Assembly: GCA_050948785.1 (NCBI GenBank)
Contig: JBMNEM010000006.1
Location: 164,722-228,721 of the forward strand
DNA from: Dethiobacteria bacterium
Lineage (GTDB): Bacteria > Bacillota > Dethiobacteria > DTU022 > UBA8154
DNA: 64,000 bases
Direction: 5' to 3'
Shown here: positions 9,020-18,228 of the stretch, piece by piece
Position numbering within the stretch: the first letter of the stretch is position 1
Layout of the letters: every line of letters starts with the position of its first letter
Translations under genes and position numbers: made by a program
The notes under the pieces: model-generated
What the model was told of the DNA's origin: nothing
Database searches by the model: none
The model's input: the letters and a program-made list of their open reading frames with translations, nothing else

Positions 9020-10624
9020 CTATTTCTTGGCAGTTGAAGCCGTATCTGCCTTCTCACCTGCTTGACGCAGTTTATACCGCTGTATTTTTCCGGTTGCGCT
9101 TTTAGGCACTTCAGACACAATTTCCACCCAACGAGGATATTTAAACTTGGCCAGCCGGTCCAGTGCCCACTTCTTGAGCTCATCCACTAATTTTTCCGAA
9201 CCTGTAAACCCATCTTTAAGCACAACAAAAGCCTTGGGTTTAATCAAATTCTTCTCATCAGGATGTCCGACCACTGCACATTCCAGTACCGCGGGATGCT
9301 CGATCAAACAGCTCTCCACTTCGACCGGCGATACCCAAATCCCGCCCACTTTCAGCATATCATCGCTTCTTCCCGCGCAATGGTAATAGCCATCCTCATC
9401 CACATAATAGGTATCTCCGGTATTCAGCCATTCCCCTTTCATTGTCGAGCGGGTTTTTTCCACCTTGCGCCAATAATTCTGGGCAGCACTGCGTCCTTTC
9501 GCCAGCAAGGTTCCAATTTCCCCCTTCGGAACCTCCTGCCCTTCGTCATCAACGATTTTCAACTCATACCCGGGAACCGGTTTCCCTGAAGAACCCGGCT
9601 TGATATCATCAGGCCGGTTGGAAATATAGATATGCAGCATCTCTGTAGAACCAATGCCGTCTAAGATATCAATACCAAAACGTTCCTTCCAGCGGCGGAG
9701 GATATCCTCGGGCAAGGCCTCCCCTGCCGATACGCACATTCTCACGGAAGAAAGCTCGTGAACGTTGGGATCCGACTTTGCACCCTTTTCCCTGTCCTGG
9801 CGTTCCTTGTATTCGAGCATCTGCCCGTACAAGGTAGGCACACCAAAAAAGACTGTGGGACGAAAGCGCTCAAGGTGATCGAATACACTTTCAGGAGTCG
9901 GACGTGCACTGTTTAAAACAACTGCACCCCCTACTGCCATGGGGAAAAACATACTGTTACCGATACCATAAGCAAAAAACAACCTCGCTGCTGAAAAGCA
10001 GATATCATCTTCAGTCAGCCCTAATACTCCCATGCCATAGTTCTCTGAAGCTACTAACGGGCTCTCCATGCAGTGTACAGCACCCTTCGGGGGGCCTGTC
10101 GAACCTGAACTGTAAAGCCAGAACCCCACGTCATCCTTGGTTGTAAATTCTGTCTCCAGAGTAGCGGAAGCGTTCTTGACTTTTTGCCTGAAAGGAATCT
10201 GCGGTTCATCATCCGCGACGACAATCATATCCCGGAGATAAAGAAGTTCGCCTTTAATATCGTTAATAAGCGGCACCAAGTCTTCAGATATAACCAGTGC
10301 TTTGGCTCTGCTGTCGTTAAGCAAGTATTCATAATCACTGGGCGTAAGCATTGTATTGATCGGAATTGGTATAGCGCCGATCTTCATTGCACCAAAGAAC
10401 ATTGCAAAAAATTGGGGTTCATCCAACATCAGTATCATGATCCGGTCATCGATGCCCAAGCCCAGTTCGCGGAAGGCATTACCGGTTTTATTAGCCATTT
10501 CCTGAATTTCGCTGTAAGTATAGTTGCGCCTATCGGTATAAATGGCAACTTTATGGCCTCGTCCCTGCCGAATATTTCGATCCAAAAAATAATCCGCCGC
10601 ATTAAAAAAAGGTTGATTTCTCAT
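9020..10624 (-). CDS. Benzoate-CoA ligase family protein, paralog 2
   Basis: Same ANL-family motifs as 5128-6711. Confidence 0.92.
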   Translation of the reverse strand: MRNQPFFNAADYFLDRNIRQGRGHKVAIYTDRRNYTYSEIQEMANKTGNAFRELGLGIDDRIMILMLDEPQFFAMFFGAMKIGAIPIPINTMLTPSDYEYLLNDSRAKALVISEDLVPLINDIKGELLYLRDMIVVADDEPQIPFRQKVKNASATLETEFTTKDDVGFWLYSSGSTGPPKGAVHCMESPLVASENYGMGVLGLTEDDICFSAARLFFAYGIGNSMFFPMAVGGAVVLNSARPTPESVFDHLERFRPTVFFGVPTLYGQMLEYKERQDREKGAKSDPNVHELSSVRMCVSAGEALPEDILRRWKERFGIDILDGIGSTEMLHIYISNRPDDIKPGSSGKPVPGYELKIVDDEGQEVPKGEIGTLLAKGRSAAQNYWRKVEKTRSTMKGEWLNTGDTYYVDEDGYYHCAGRSDDMLKVGGIWVSPVEVESCLIEHPAVLECAVVGHPDEKNLIKPKAFVVLKDGFTGSEKLVDELKKWALDRLAKFKYPRWVEIVSEVPKSATGKIQRYKLRQAGEKADTASTAKK

Positions 10625-10904
10625 TATATATATCACCCCACTGAATTAATTTTAATACGCTAATTTGCCATGATAAACCATGATAGCTGGCACTTCCAAA
10701 ACAATTTCCGCGAATATTAACTAATTATCTTATAAAATCTACATTATTCTACCTCCTTTATACCGGGTGGGTTCCTTACCAAGATGTGCTTCGAGAAATT
10801 TCAAAATCATTTTTTCTCAAAGTTGCCAAAAACATTTCCTTGCGGCAAAAAATTCACTGATTTTAAAACTTTAAAGAGTCCCACTTATTTCAATTATTTT
10901 ATAA

Positions 10905-10920
10905 TGCAAAATAAGTGCCA
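10905..10920 (-). promoter_or_regulatory. sigma54 (-24/-12) promoter of ligase 2
   Basis: TGGCAC-TTATT-TTGCA. Confidence 0.85.
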
Positions 10921-11251
10921 ACAAAGCGCGTTTGCCCATCAAGTGCGATGGCAGCGAAACATAGGGAGCCATCCGAGCCACACTTGGCCCTGGAAATCGC
11001 TTGTAAATCAATTCATTTTTGAAACTTATTTTAAAATAATTGCAAAAGTGAAATGTATAAAAATGCTGTATATTCGTGCTTCTTTGGGCTTCCTGGTATA
11101 AAAACTCACTTCTTCAGGTAAAGACACATTTTTGGATTTTCACATATCAAACCGGGGGCTGGGAAAAACGAGGATTTTAAAAACTAGCAGGCGAGGATTG
11201 AGGCATACTTCCGGCGAAGCAACGGCACCGGAATTTCTCCGAAGAATAAAT

Positions 11252-11276
11252 AAAAAAGCAGCTCCTGGCGGAGCTG
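11252..11276 (-). terminator. Terminator of the sigma54 activator gene
   Basis: GC stem plus T-run on minus strand. Confidence 0.75.
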
Positions 11277-11400
11277 TCCTGGTTTCGGCAACCCAAAAAA
11301 CATGGCGACAATAACAAATTGTTTACTGCAACAGAACCAGCTTGATTTAAATGCGGAAAAACCACACTTTTTCATGTAGCCTGGCATTAAACACCAAACC

Positions 11401-12801
11401 TTACCCTTTCAATTTTCTAGAAAGGCTGGAAAAGCTGATTCCCAGCATTTCTGCCGCCTCCCTTTGGTTTTTACTTTGTTCCATTGCTTTAGTAATCACG
11501 GCCAATTCAAATTCCCTGGTCATTTCTTTCAACGGGGCAATATCATGGACTGTAAATCGATCCATGGGCTGATGCTGAGTATAATTAAGATAAGGAGCGG
11601 GAAGATCTGCAACTCTGATCACATTTTCCTTGGCAACTATTAACAGCCGTTCAACTAAATTGGCCAGCTCCCTGACATTGCCCGGCCAGGGATACCAATA
11701 TAAATGTTTGATCACATCCGTGCTTATTTCTTTATTTCTTATGGCGTACTTCTGTTGAAATTTTTTTTGGAAATAGGAGATTAACATGGGAATTTCCACT
11801 TTACGGTCCCGTAGGGGGGGCACCTCCACAGGAACAACGTGGAGCCGAAAATACAAGTCTTCCCGGAATTTGCCTTCTTCAACCATTTTTTTGAGATCCC
11901 TGTTTGTCGCCCCAATGATGCGTACATCCACAGGCTTCGATTCTGTACTGCCGACCCTGTACACTTGTTTATCCTGCAAAACATTCAGTAATTTGGGTTG
12001 AACTGCCAGTGGCAATTCACCTATCTCGTCAAGAAAAAGAGTTCCTCCAGCCGCAAGTTCAAAGTATCCTTTCTTGCCTTTTCTTAAGGCACCGGTAAAT
12101 GAGCCCGGTTCGTAACCAAAAAGTTCAGTTTCAACCAAATTAATAGGTATAGAGGCACAATTAATTTTGACAAGAGGACCGGCGATATTCCTTGGACTGC
12201 GAACATGAATAAGATGTGCAATCAATTCTTTCCCTACACCTGTTTCACCGTGAAGTAGTACGGTGGAATCAACTTTACTTAAATTAACCGCCAGATCAAT
12301 TATTGATTCCATGATGCCGCTGCCAAAAACCAGTTCATAATCAGAGTGCTCACCTTTGATCTGCACAATCTTGTAAGAATCTTTAAAATCAATATTTCCA
12401 CCTTGCCATAAAAAATAATTATCTTTTTTAGCCTGAAGATAGGAGGAAAAATCCCTGACATTACATACCACCCGGTCTAGCTTTCCCGAAAGATCAAACA
12501 CAGGCGCCGAAGTGGCAATCATTTTGTTCCCGGTGATGCTTTTTACTTCTCCTGTAACTGTGCTCTTTTTTTGAATAGCCTCCAGGGCAGTGGATCTATT
12601 AATTATTTTTTTATCGAGCAAAACATCCAGGCTTTCATATTCAAACATATTTATGCCAACCAAGGGATTGATTGCAGGATTACAATAGAGAAGTTTCCCC
12701 TCAGCATTAGTGATAAAAAAACCATCGCTGGAATTCTCTAGTAATTTTGCTAAATTAACAGTTCCTTTAATCTTCAAAAAATTCACTCCCCATAAAAACA
12801 A
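11401..12801 (-). CDS. PAS-domain sigma54-dependent activator (bEBP) with Fis-type HTH
   Basis: N-terminal PAS, GETGVGKE, GSFTGA (GAFTGA variant), LFLDEIGE, FREDLYFRL, WPGNVREL; probable TTG start at 12777 after GGGGAG. Confidence 0.93.
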   Translation of the reverse strand: MFLWGVNFLKIKGTVNLAKLLENSSDGFFITNAEGKLLYCNPAINPLVGINMFEYESLDVLLDKKIINRSTALEAIQKKSTVTGEVKSITGNKMIATSAPVFDLSGKLDRVVCNVRDFSSYLQAKKDNYFLWQGGNIDFKDSYKIVQIKGEHSDYELVFGSGIMESIIDLAVNLSKVDSTVLLHGETGVGKELIAHLIHVRSPRNIAGPLVKINCASIPINLVETELFGYEPGSFTGALRKGKKGYFELAAGGTLFLDEIGELPLAVQPKLLNVLQDKQVYRVGSTESKPVDVRIIGATNRDLKKMVEEGKFREDLYFRLHVVPVEVPPLRDRKVEIPMLISYFQKKFQQKYAIRNKEISTDVIKHLYWYPWPGNVRELANLVERLLIVAKENVIRVADLPAPYLNYTQHQPMDRFTVHDIAPLKEMTREFELAVITKAMEQSKNQREAAEMLGISFSSLSRKLKG

Positions 12802-13104
12802 CTGCTTTCCGAGGCTGGCCAGTCAAAATAACATAAATACACTTATTAGTTTAAATAATATAAACTAAAAGAAAAAGTGTCTTTGTATAACTATTTCATA
12901 GAATCATCTCAATTATTAATCTTGGTAATTGTATGAATAATTATAGCATAAAAATCTTTGCTCATCAATGCAATGCCCATCAATAGACAAAATTAGACAC
13001 AAATAGGCAAATATGGACACAAATAAACACAAACAGACACAATCCGACCCTGAGCCAGGACCCTGGAACAAAGTCCTTTTACTTTGCCGCCGATATTATT
13101 CATT

Positions 13105-14508
13105 TCATTCCAAATAATTTCCCTTTTTGGTGTGACAATTGTACTGTTGGTAAAAATCAGCCGTCCTGTCCTGAAGGTAAAGATAATCAAAATGCTCCGC
13201 TGTTTCTTTACGCATCCCGGCGTAATGATCCCGGGCTTCCTGCCGGCAGCGGGAACAACCCTGGATAGGGATACTGATACAGTAAACCCTGGAGTGCCCT
13301 CTCCGGCCAACGGCCTCCGAATCTATTAAAAGATAGCCCGGGCAGGCGGCACAAACCTTGAGCGTTTCTACCTGCGTTTCCCGAATCTGGTCAGTATCAT
13401 AGTAAATCTGGCGACGCCTCTGGAGCAATGAGCCGGATTTTTGGCGGACAGCAGCCCCCAAGTCTTGCCGGCGCTGGAATACGCCGGTGAGTTCGTGCAC
13501 AATTTCCTCCAGTCTCTTTAAATGTCCACGCTCCTCTTTAAAAATACCTTCCTTGTAATCAGGTTCATAAAGATTGGAGTAGTCAATACCGGCCATAGCC
13601 ATAATAATACCCATATTGACATAAGGGAGCGCCGTCTCAATCGAATACCCTCCCTCCAGCACGGCAATGTCCGGGGCAAGCTTTTCATTTAAAAGGGCAT
13701 ACCCGCGAGCGGAAAAAGACATGTTCGCCAGCGGATCGCTGTAATGGTTGTCCTGCCCGGCAGAATTCACAATCAATTCCGGCTGAAACTCTTCCAGTAT
13801 GGGGAGCACCAAGTTATCCAGGACAAAAAGAATGCCTTCATCGGTTGTCCCCGGGGGCAAAGGTATGTTGAGAGTGGTTCCCGGTGCCAGCGGCCCGCCA
13901 ATTTCATCGGTAAATCCGCTACCGGGGTAAAGAGTCCGCCCGTCCTGATGAAAAGAAATAAAGAGAACATCCGGGTCATGCCAATAAAGGTCCTGTGTGC
14001 CATCACCATGGTGGACATCGGTATCTATAATCGCAATACGTTGCAGTCCATGCTTTTGGCGCAAGTATTCGACCATCACCGGCTCGTTGTTGATATTGCA
14101 GAAGCCGCGGTTGCCGTGGACCACCCGCATTGCATGGTGACCCGGAGGCCTGACCAGGGCAAAACCGTTTTTAATCTCATCGTTCATCAACGCATCGGCG
14201 ATTACCAGTGCCCCACCGGCGGCAATCAGGTGCGCTTCCGTAGCCTGTGTCTCTATATCAGGCACACAAAAATGTACCCGGGCGATATCTTTGGGTTCGG
14301 CCAGGCGCGGCTGGTACTGGCGGATCTGGGGAAGATCCATAATTCCTTCTTCAAAGAGCTGATCCCTGGTATAAAGAAGCCTTTCTTCCCGTTCAGGGTG
14401 GGTAGGGGAGATGGCCCAATCGAAAGCCGGAAAAAACACCAGGCCGGTCTGGCCGGCAGAATTTTTGACCGGCGAATGAGCATATGTATCTTGGTTTTTC
14501 TTCTTCAT
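13105..14508 (-). CDS. Histone deacetylase-family amidohydrolase with C-terminal extension
   Basis: HPE, RPPGHH, GFC, DTDVHHGDGTQ, SAGQD..DPL, LEGGY; tail with two CxxC. Confidence 0.92.
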   Translation of the reverse strand: MKKKNQDTYAHSPVKNSAGQTGLVFFPAFDWAISPTHPEREERLLYTRDQLFEEGIMDLPQIRQYQPRLAEPKDIARVHFCVPDIETQATEAHLIAAGGALVIADALMNDEIKNGFALVRPPGHHAMRVVHGNRGFCNINNEPVMVEYLRQKHGLQRIAIIDTDVHHGDGTQDLYWHDPDVLFISFHQDGRTLYPGSGFTDEIGGPLAPGTTLNIPLPPGTTDEGILFVLDNLVLPILEEFQPELIVNSAGQDNHYSDPLANMSFSARGYALLNEKLAPDIAVLEGGYSIETALPYVNMGIIMAMAGIDYSNLYEPDYKEGIFKEERGHLKRLEEIVHELTGVFQRRQDLGAAVRQKSGSLLQRRRQIYYDTDQIRETQVETLKVCAACPGYLLIDSEAVGRRGHSRVYCISIPIQGCSRCRQEARDHYAGMRKETAEHFDYLYLQDRTADFYQQYNCHTKKGNYLE

Positions 14509-16181
14509 GGCTGCACCCCTTTAAATTCGTCAATAACTCCGGAAGCGATCTGGACACCGACATCAAAGAGCTTACCTGCTGTTGACCAGCCCCGGATCAT
14601 ATTAAACTGCTCTTCCAGAAAAAATTCATAGCGGTCCGCATACTGGCCGATGCCCCTTTTTTCGGCGATTTTTTGCAGCTGTTTTCGTGCCAGCTCTTTA
14701 GCCTCTGCAAGCTGCCAGCCGGGGTCAAATTCACCGGCGATTCCTTCCAGATTTAAAGAATAGGTCTGCTGCTCTGTATCAGCATGTAAAAATAAAGAGA
14801 GTGTGGGTCGCGCCACAGCAGCGCCCAGAGCGTTTGCTACCGGAGAATAGCGGTGAACCAGGGCTTGGCAGCCAAGCCGGGCAGCCAGAGCAGGGACAAA
14901 GGCCCCGGCCGCGGCGCCAATGCCGACGGCACGGTCCAGTCCAACCCGTCGCTTGTTAATAATCTCCCAGATCTTATAGGCCGGCTCCTGTTCCCAGGAT
15001 TTAAACATATCCTTAATACCGGTCTCCAACTGGCTGTTTACTTGATGAACTACTGTTTGGGCCAATTCCTCCACCGTCAACCCCGCCTGGCGGGAGATCT
15101 TCCTCAGAGCATGGCTGGAAAGAGCCAGGGGACCCAGTTTACCTTCTTCCAGAAAGTTCACGGCATCAGTAGGAGTGGCTGCCGGGCCGCCAAAGCAGGC
15201 TGCCGGGCCCAAACGATCCGGGCCAATAGTAATTTTTTCTCCGCTCCACCTGACAGCACTGTCTCCCCCCAAAGCCATCGAACGTAGAGCAAAGGAGCGT
15301 ACATGGGAATAATAGCCCCCGATAAGTGCTCCCCGTGAAGCATAAAGCGGTTCCCCCTCCAGGATGAGGGCCAAATCGGTAGTAGTACCGCCGATATCCA
15401 CAACTACAGAGGTTTGCTGATCCATAGTCAGGGCAAACGCACCCATCACACTGGCTGCCGGGCCGGAAAAAACAGTTTCACAGGGGTAGTGCAACGACAC
15501 CTCCAAAGGCATCGTCCCCCCATCCGCCTTGAGGATATTGAGGGGAGCGGTAATACCCCGCTCACGTATGGCTTTCTTGATGTCGGCTGCAAACCCGGCC
15601 CATTTTTCCCTGGTCACAGCTGTATAGTAGGTAGTCACCGCCCGGCGAAGAAAATTAAGCTGTCCGGAGACCTCGAAGCCCCTGATCACCTCCAGGTGAG
15701 GGTAATTCACCTTCAAAATCTTTTCCACTTGGCGTTCATGGCTGCTGTTGCGCTGGGAAAACTTCCCGACCACCGCAACCTTTTGCCTGCCTGCAGCCAC
15801 AATAAGCTTGCCGATCTCTTCAATTTGTACTTGATCCAGCGGCTCTATAATCCGTCCGCGAAAATCAGTCGCCCCTCTGACAAGATAGGCCGCGGGGAAA
15901 AAGTTCAGCTGCCGCAAATTCAGGCCCGGGCCGGGAATCAAAACCAGCGCCACCTGCTCCCCTCCACCCGTAGCCAAAAGGTTCGTGACCAGCGTGGTGC
16001 TGAGTACTACTTGTGTGATATCGCCACTTTTTATTCCCTGCAGCAGATCGTCTAAAACAGTAAAAATGGAGCTCTGCAGGTCGCTCTCCTGCGTCGGGTG
16101 CTTGGCCGTCTTTAAAATTTGGCCCGCGGTGCAGAGAACCCCATCGGTAAAAGTACCGCCCACATCAATTCCGATCAACAT
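14505..16181 (-). CDS. Hydantoinase/oxoprolinase A-type (actin-like ATPase) protein
   Basis: IGIDVGGTFTD, STT..TN, SGPAA, VDIGGTTTD, GPA..GG..TPTDA, ANALGAA. Confidence 0.9.
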   Translation of the reverse strand: MLIGIDVGGTFTDGVLCTAGQILKTAKHPTQESDLQSSIFTVLDDLLQGIKSGDITQVVLSTTLVTNLLATGGGEQVALVLIPGPGLNLRQLNFFPAAYLVRGATDFRGRIIEPLDQVQIEEIGKLIVAAGRQKVAVVGKFSQRNSSHERQVEKILKVNYPHLEVIRGFEVSGQLNFLRRAVTTYYTAVTREKWAGFAADIKKAIRERGITAPLNILKADGGTMPLEVSLHYPCETVFSGPAASVMGAFALTMDQQTSVVVDIGGTTTDLALILEGEPLYASRGALIGGYYSHVRSFALRSMALGGDSAVRWSGEKITIGPDRLGPAACFGGPAATPTDAVNFLEEGKLGPLALSSHALRKISRQAGLTVEELAQTVVHQVNSQLETGIKDMFKSWEQEPAYKIWEIINKRRVGLDRAVGIGAAAGAFVPALAARLGCQALVHRYSPVANALGAAVARPTLSLFLHADTEQQTYSLNLEGIAGEFDPGWQLAEAKELARKQLQKIAEKRGIGQYADRYEFFLEEQFNMIRGWSTAGKLFDVGVQIASGVIDEFKGVQP

Positions 16182-16309
16182 TGGATCACCTTCTATCTCC
16201 CTTTACAAAGAAATGTGAAGCCGGCCGGTTTATACCCTTGAGCTGGAAGCTTAAAGCCTGTTCAAAAAAATGGCTGCTTCCCCGGTTTGAACAAATTTCA
16301 TCTCCCTTT

Positions 16310-16993
16310 TTAAACCCCCAGCCCTATTCTTTCCCCCTGGCGATAAACAAAAAAAGTGTTTTCCCGGCAGTCATAAAGAACAGCATGAAAGGAATTTTTC
16401 TCTTTTTCGATCAAAGCCCGCAGGTACTCCCGCGTCTCCGCACTGTTATCCGCTAGGCACCATAGCGCAAAAGGCGCTTCAAAAATAGCCCATTCCTCGT
16501 CCAGGTTCAGTGCAATAAAGTTGTTGTGACTATAATAAAGAAGATTATAAGCCTGGTAAAAAAGATTTTCCGTCAGGAGACCCGGCTCAATCGGTTCCTG
16601 GCAGGGCGCTGCCGCCGTGCCAAAAACCCGGCAAATCAAGGGCCGTGCTTCGTAAATACGGCAATGTCTAACCGCCGCATCCTCCTGTAAAAAGGGGCAG
16701 AGAAAAGAGCCATTGTCCTGCAGCCGGCCAACATTATGCCGGAAAAACGCTCTGCGCTCCTGGGCAGACCATCGTTCCTGAATATGGAGCATAATAAAAT
16801 TAAATTCCGTGTAGGACATGATAATCGCACCATAACAACATTGCTTACAGTGAGGGAGACAATGATAAACTTCGTATTTTTTTAATAAATTACAAACTTT
16901 GGCCATTCTTTCCCAGGCAAAAGCATTTAAAGGTTCCGGCCTTTGATAAATATTTTTTAAGGAAGAAAAATCGTAAGCGATTCTCTTTTCCAT
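16310..16993 (-). CDS. YkgJ-like cysteine-cluster (CxxCxxCC) protein
   Basis: C..HCKQCC, CPFL, CRIYEARPLICR. Confidence 0.8.
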   Translation of the reverse strand: MEKRIAYDFSSLKNIYQRPEPLNAFAWERMAKVCNLLKKYEVYHCLPHCKQCCYGAIIMSYTEFNFIMLHIQERWSAQERRAFFRHNVGRLQDNGSFLCPFLQEDAAVRHCRIYEARPLICRVFGTAAAPCQEPIEPGLLTENLFYQAYNLLYYSHNNFIALNLDEEWAIFEAPFALWCLADNSAETREYLRALIEKEKNSFHAVLYDCRENTFFVYRQGERIGLGV

Positions 16994-17137
16994 CCTCTCA
17001 CCTCAAAACTGCACCCGTTACCGGCACTGCTCCTACCCCTGGCTATATTTGGGTACAGGTTGCAAAGTCCGGAATGAGGGGGCCTATTTCTGATCTACCG
17101 GTATCATTTTTGCTCAACACAACTCCACCAGCCGGGC

Positions 17138-18004
17138 TTACGGATTGCCCGGCAAACCCTTGCTTTTAGAAGCAGGAGCGGTTGGCTCCAGCGGCTTCTG
17201 AAAAATAAGGATAAATTCGTGTACTTTGTTTACACGAAAAACATAAGGATAGCCTAAAGGGCGCAGATTATTATATTCCTGGCGCCGATCCCAGATAATC
17301 AGATCATCAAAGATAAACCCCAGGGAGATCATACGCCGGCTGAGATCCATATGCAATGGGTAGAAAATATTTTTCTTTCTGATATCCATCACCACGACGA
17401 GACAGTAACTGCCATTTTTTAAAGCAGTATAAACTTGGGCAAAGATCTCCTCCAATTCATCCAAAAAAAGCTCATAGCTTCCGATGTTTCCCAGATCATT
17501 ACTTGCGTCACCGTAATTTCGTAAGGGCTTCCGATCTGCACTGCGCTTCTCTTGGAGAATGTTCCAGTAAGGGGGCGAGGTTAAACAAAGATCCACGGTT
17601 AAAGGTGCAGCATATTTCAAGAGGTTGCGGGCATCGTCATTGATAGCCTGCACTAAGACAGGTCCCGGGGAAGACTCCGTCTTTTCTGCAGCAATCTTTT
17701 CCTCCTGCAAGCGCCTTTGAAAAAGCTGCAGATACTCCGCGGATATTTCCAATCCCAGGCCCCGCATGCCCAGCCGTTGTGCGCCAACTAAAGTGCTGCC
17801 GCTACCCAGGAAAGGATCCAAAATCATAGCGCCTTTGGGGGCAAAAATTTGCAACAACCTTTCCACCAGGGTGACGGGGAAAAGAGCCGGGTGCTTTAAT
17901 CGCCTCTCCGGCGCATTTTTGTAAATATCGTTCCAGACGCTGATACTAAATCTTGTCCAAGTGCGGCCATCCAAGTCATTCAAACGCTTTTTCCTTTTCT
18001 GCAT
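17138..18004 (-). CDS. Orphan N4/N6 DNA-methyltransferase-like protein
   Basis: HPALFP, DPFLGSGST (motif I), TSPPY (motif IV), HEFILIF. Confidence 0.85.
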   Translation of the reverse strand: MQKRKKRLNDLDGRTWTRFSISVWNDIYKNAPERRLKHPALFPVTLVERLLQIFAPKGAMILDPFLGSGSTLVGAQRLGMRGLGLEISAEYLQLFQRRLQEEKIAAEKTESSPGPVLVQAINDDARNLLKYAAPLTVDLCLTSPPYWNILQEKRSADRKPLRNYGDASNDLGNIGSYELFLDELEEIFAQVYTALKNGSYCLVVVMDIRKKNIFYPLHMDLSRRMISLGFIFDDLIIWDRRQEYNNLRPLGYPYVFRVNKVHEFILIFQKPLEPTAPASKSKGLPGNP

Positions 18005-18228
18005 CCGGCTCTCCCTTCTTTTGTGGCCTTGGCCTGCCAGTAGCCGGGGCTTTGTAAAGGATCTCTTTGTTTTTATTTCTGACCACTATGACTGTTTCCC
18101 TTCTTTTTGGAGAAACTCTGCCAATATAAGCACCGGTCCGTTTCTTTTTACTTGTTTTTTCCCGGCAGTTATAATAAAATTTAAGCGACGCCAGAGTAAG
18201 GTTGTAAAAACAACACGGAGGTTTTAAA

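Larger units (their letters stand above)
3963..11440. repeat. Tandem segmental duplication, ~3.5-3.9 kb units (about 3963-7417 and 7918-11440)
   Basis: Paralogous codY-like and ligase genes, near-identical leaders, promoters and terminators. Confidence 0.9.

Noticed and set aside
3817-13000. Integrase-type island at tRNA-Leu
   Set aside because: No integrase and no repeat of the tRNA 3' end seen by eye; kept only as a possibility
12990-13045. Four ACACAA motifs
   Set aside because: Short, irregularly spaced low-complexity repeats; no function supportable
13744-14631. 295-aa + strand ORF and similar long antisense ORFs (15414-16055, 20618-21247, 23556-24308, 35128-35868)
   Set aside because: Shadows of well-supported genes on the opposite strand
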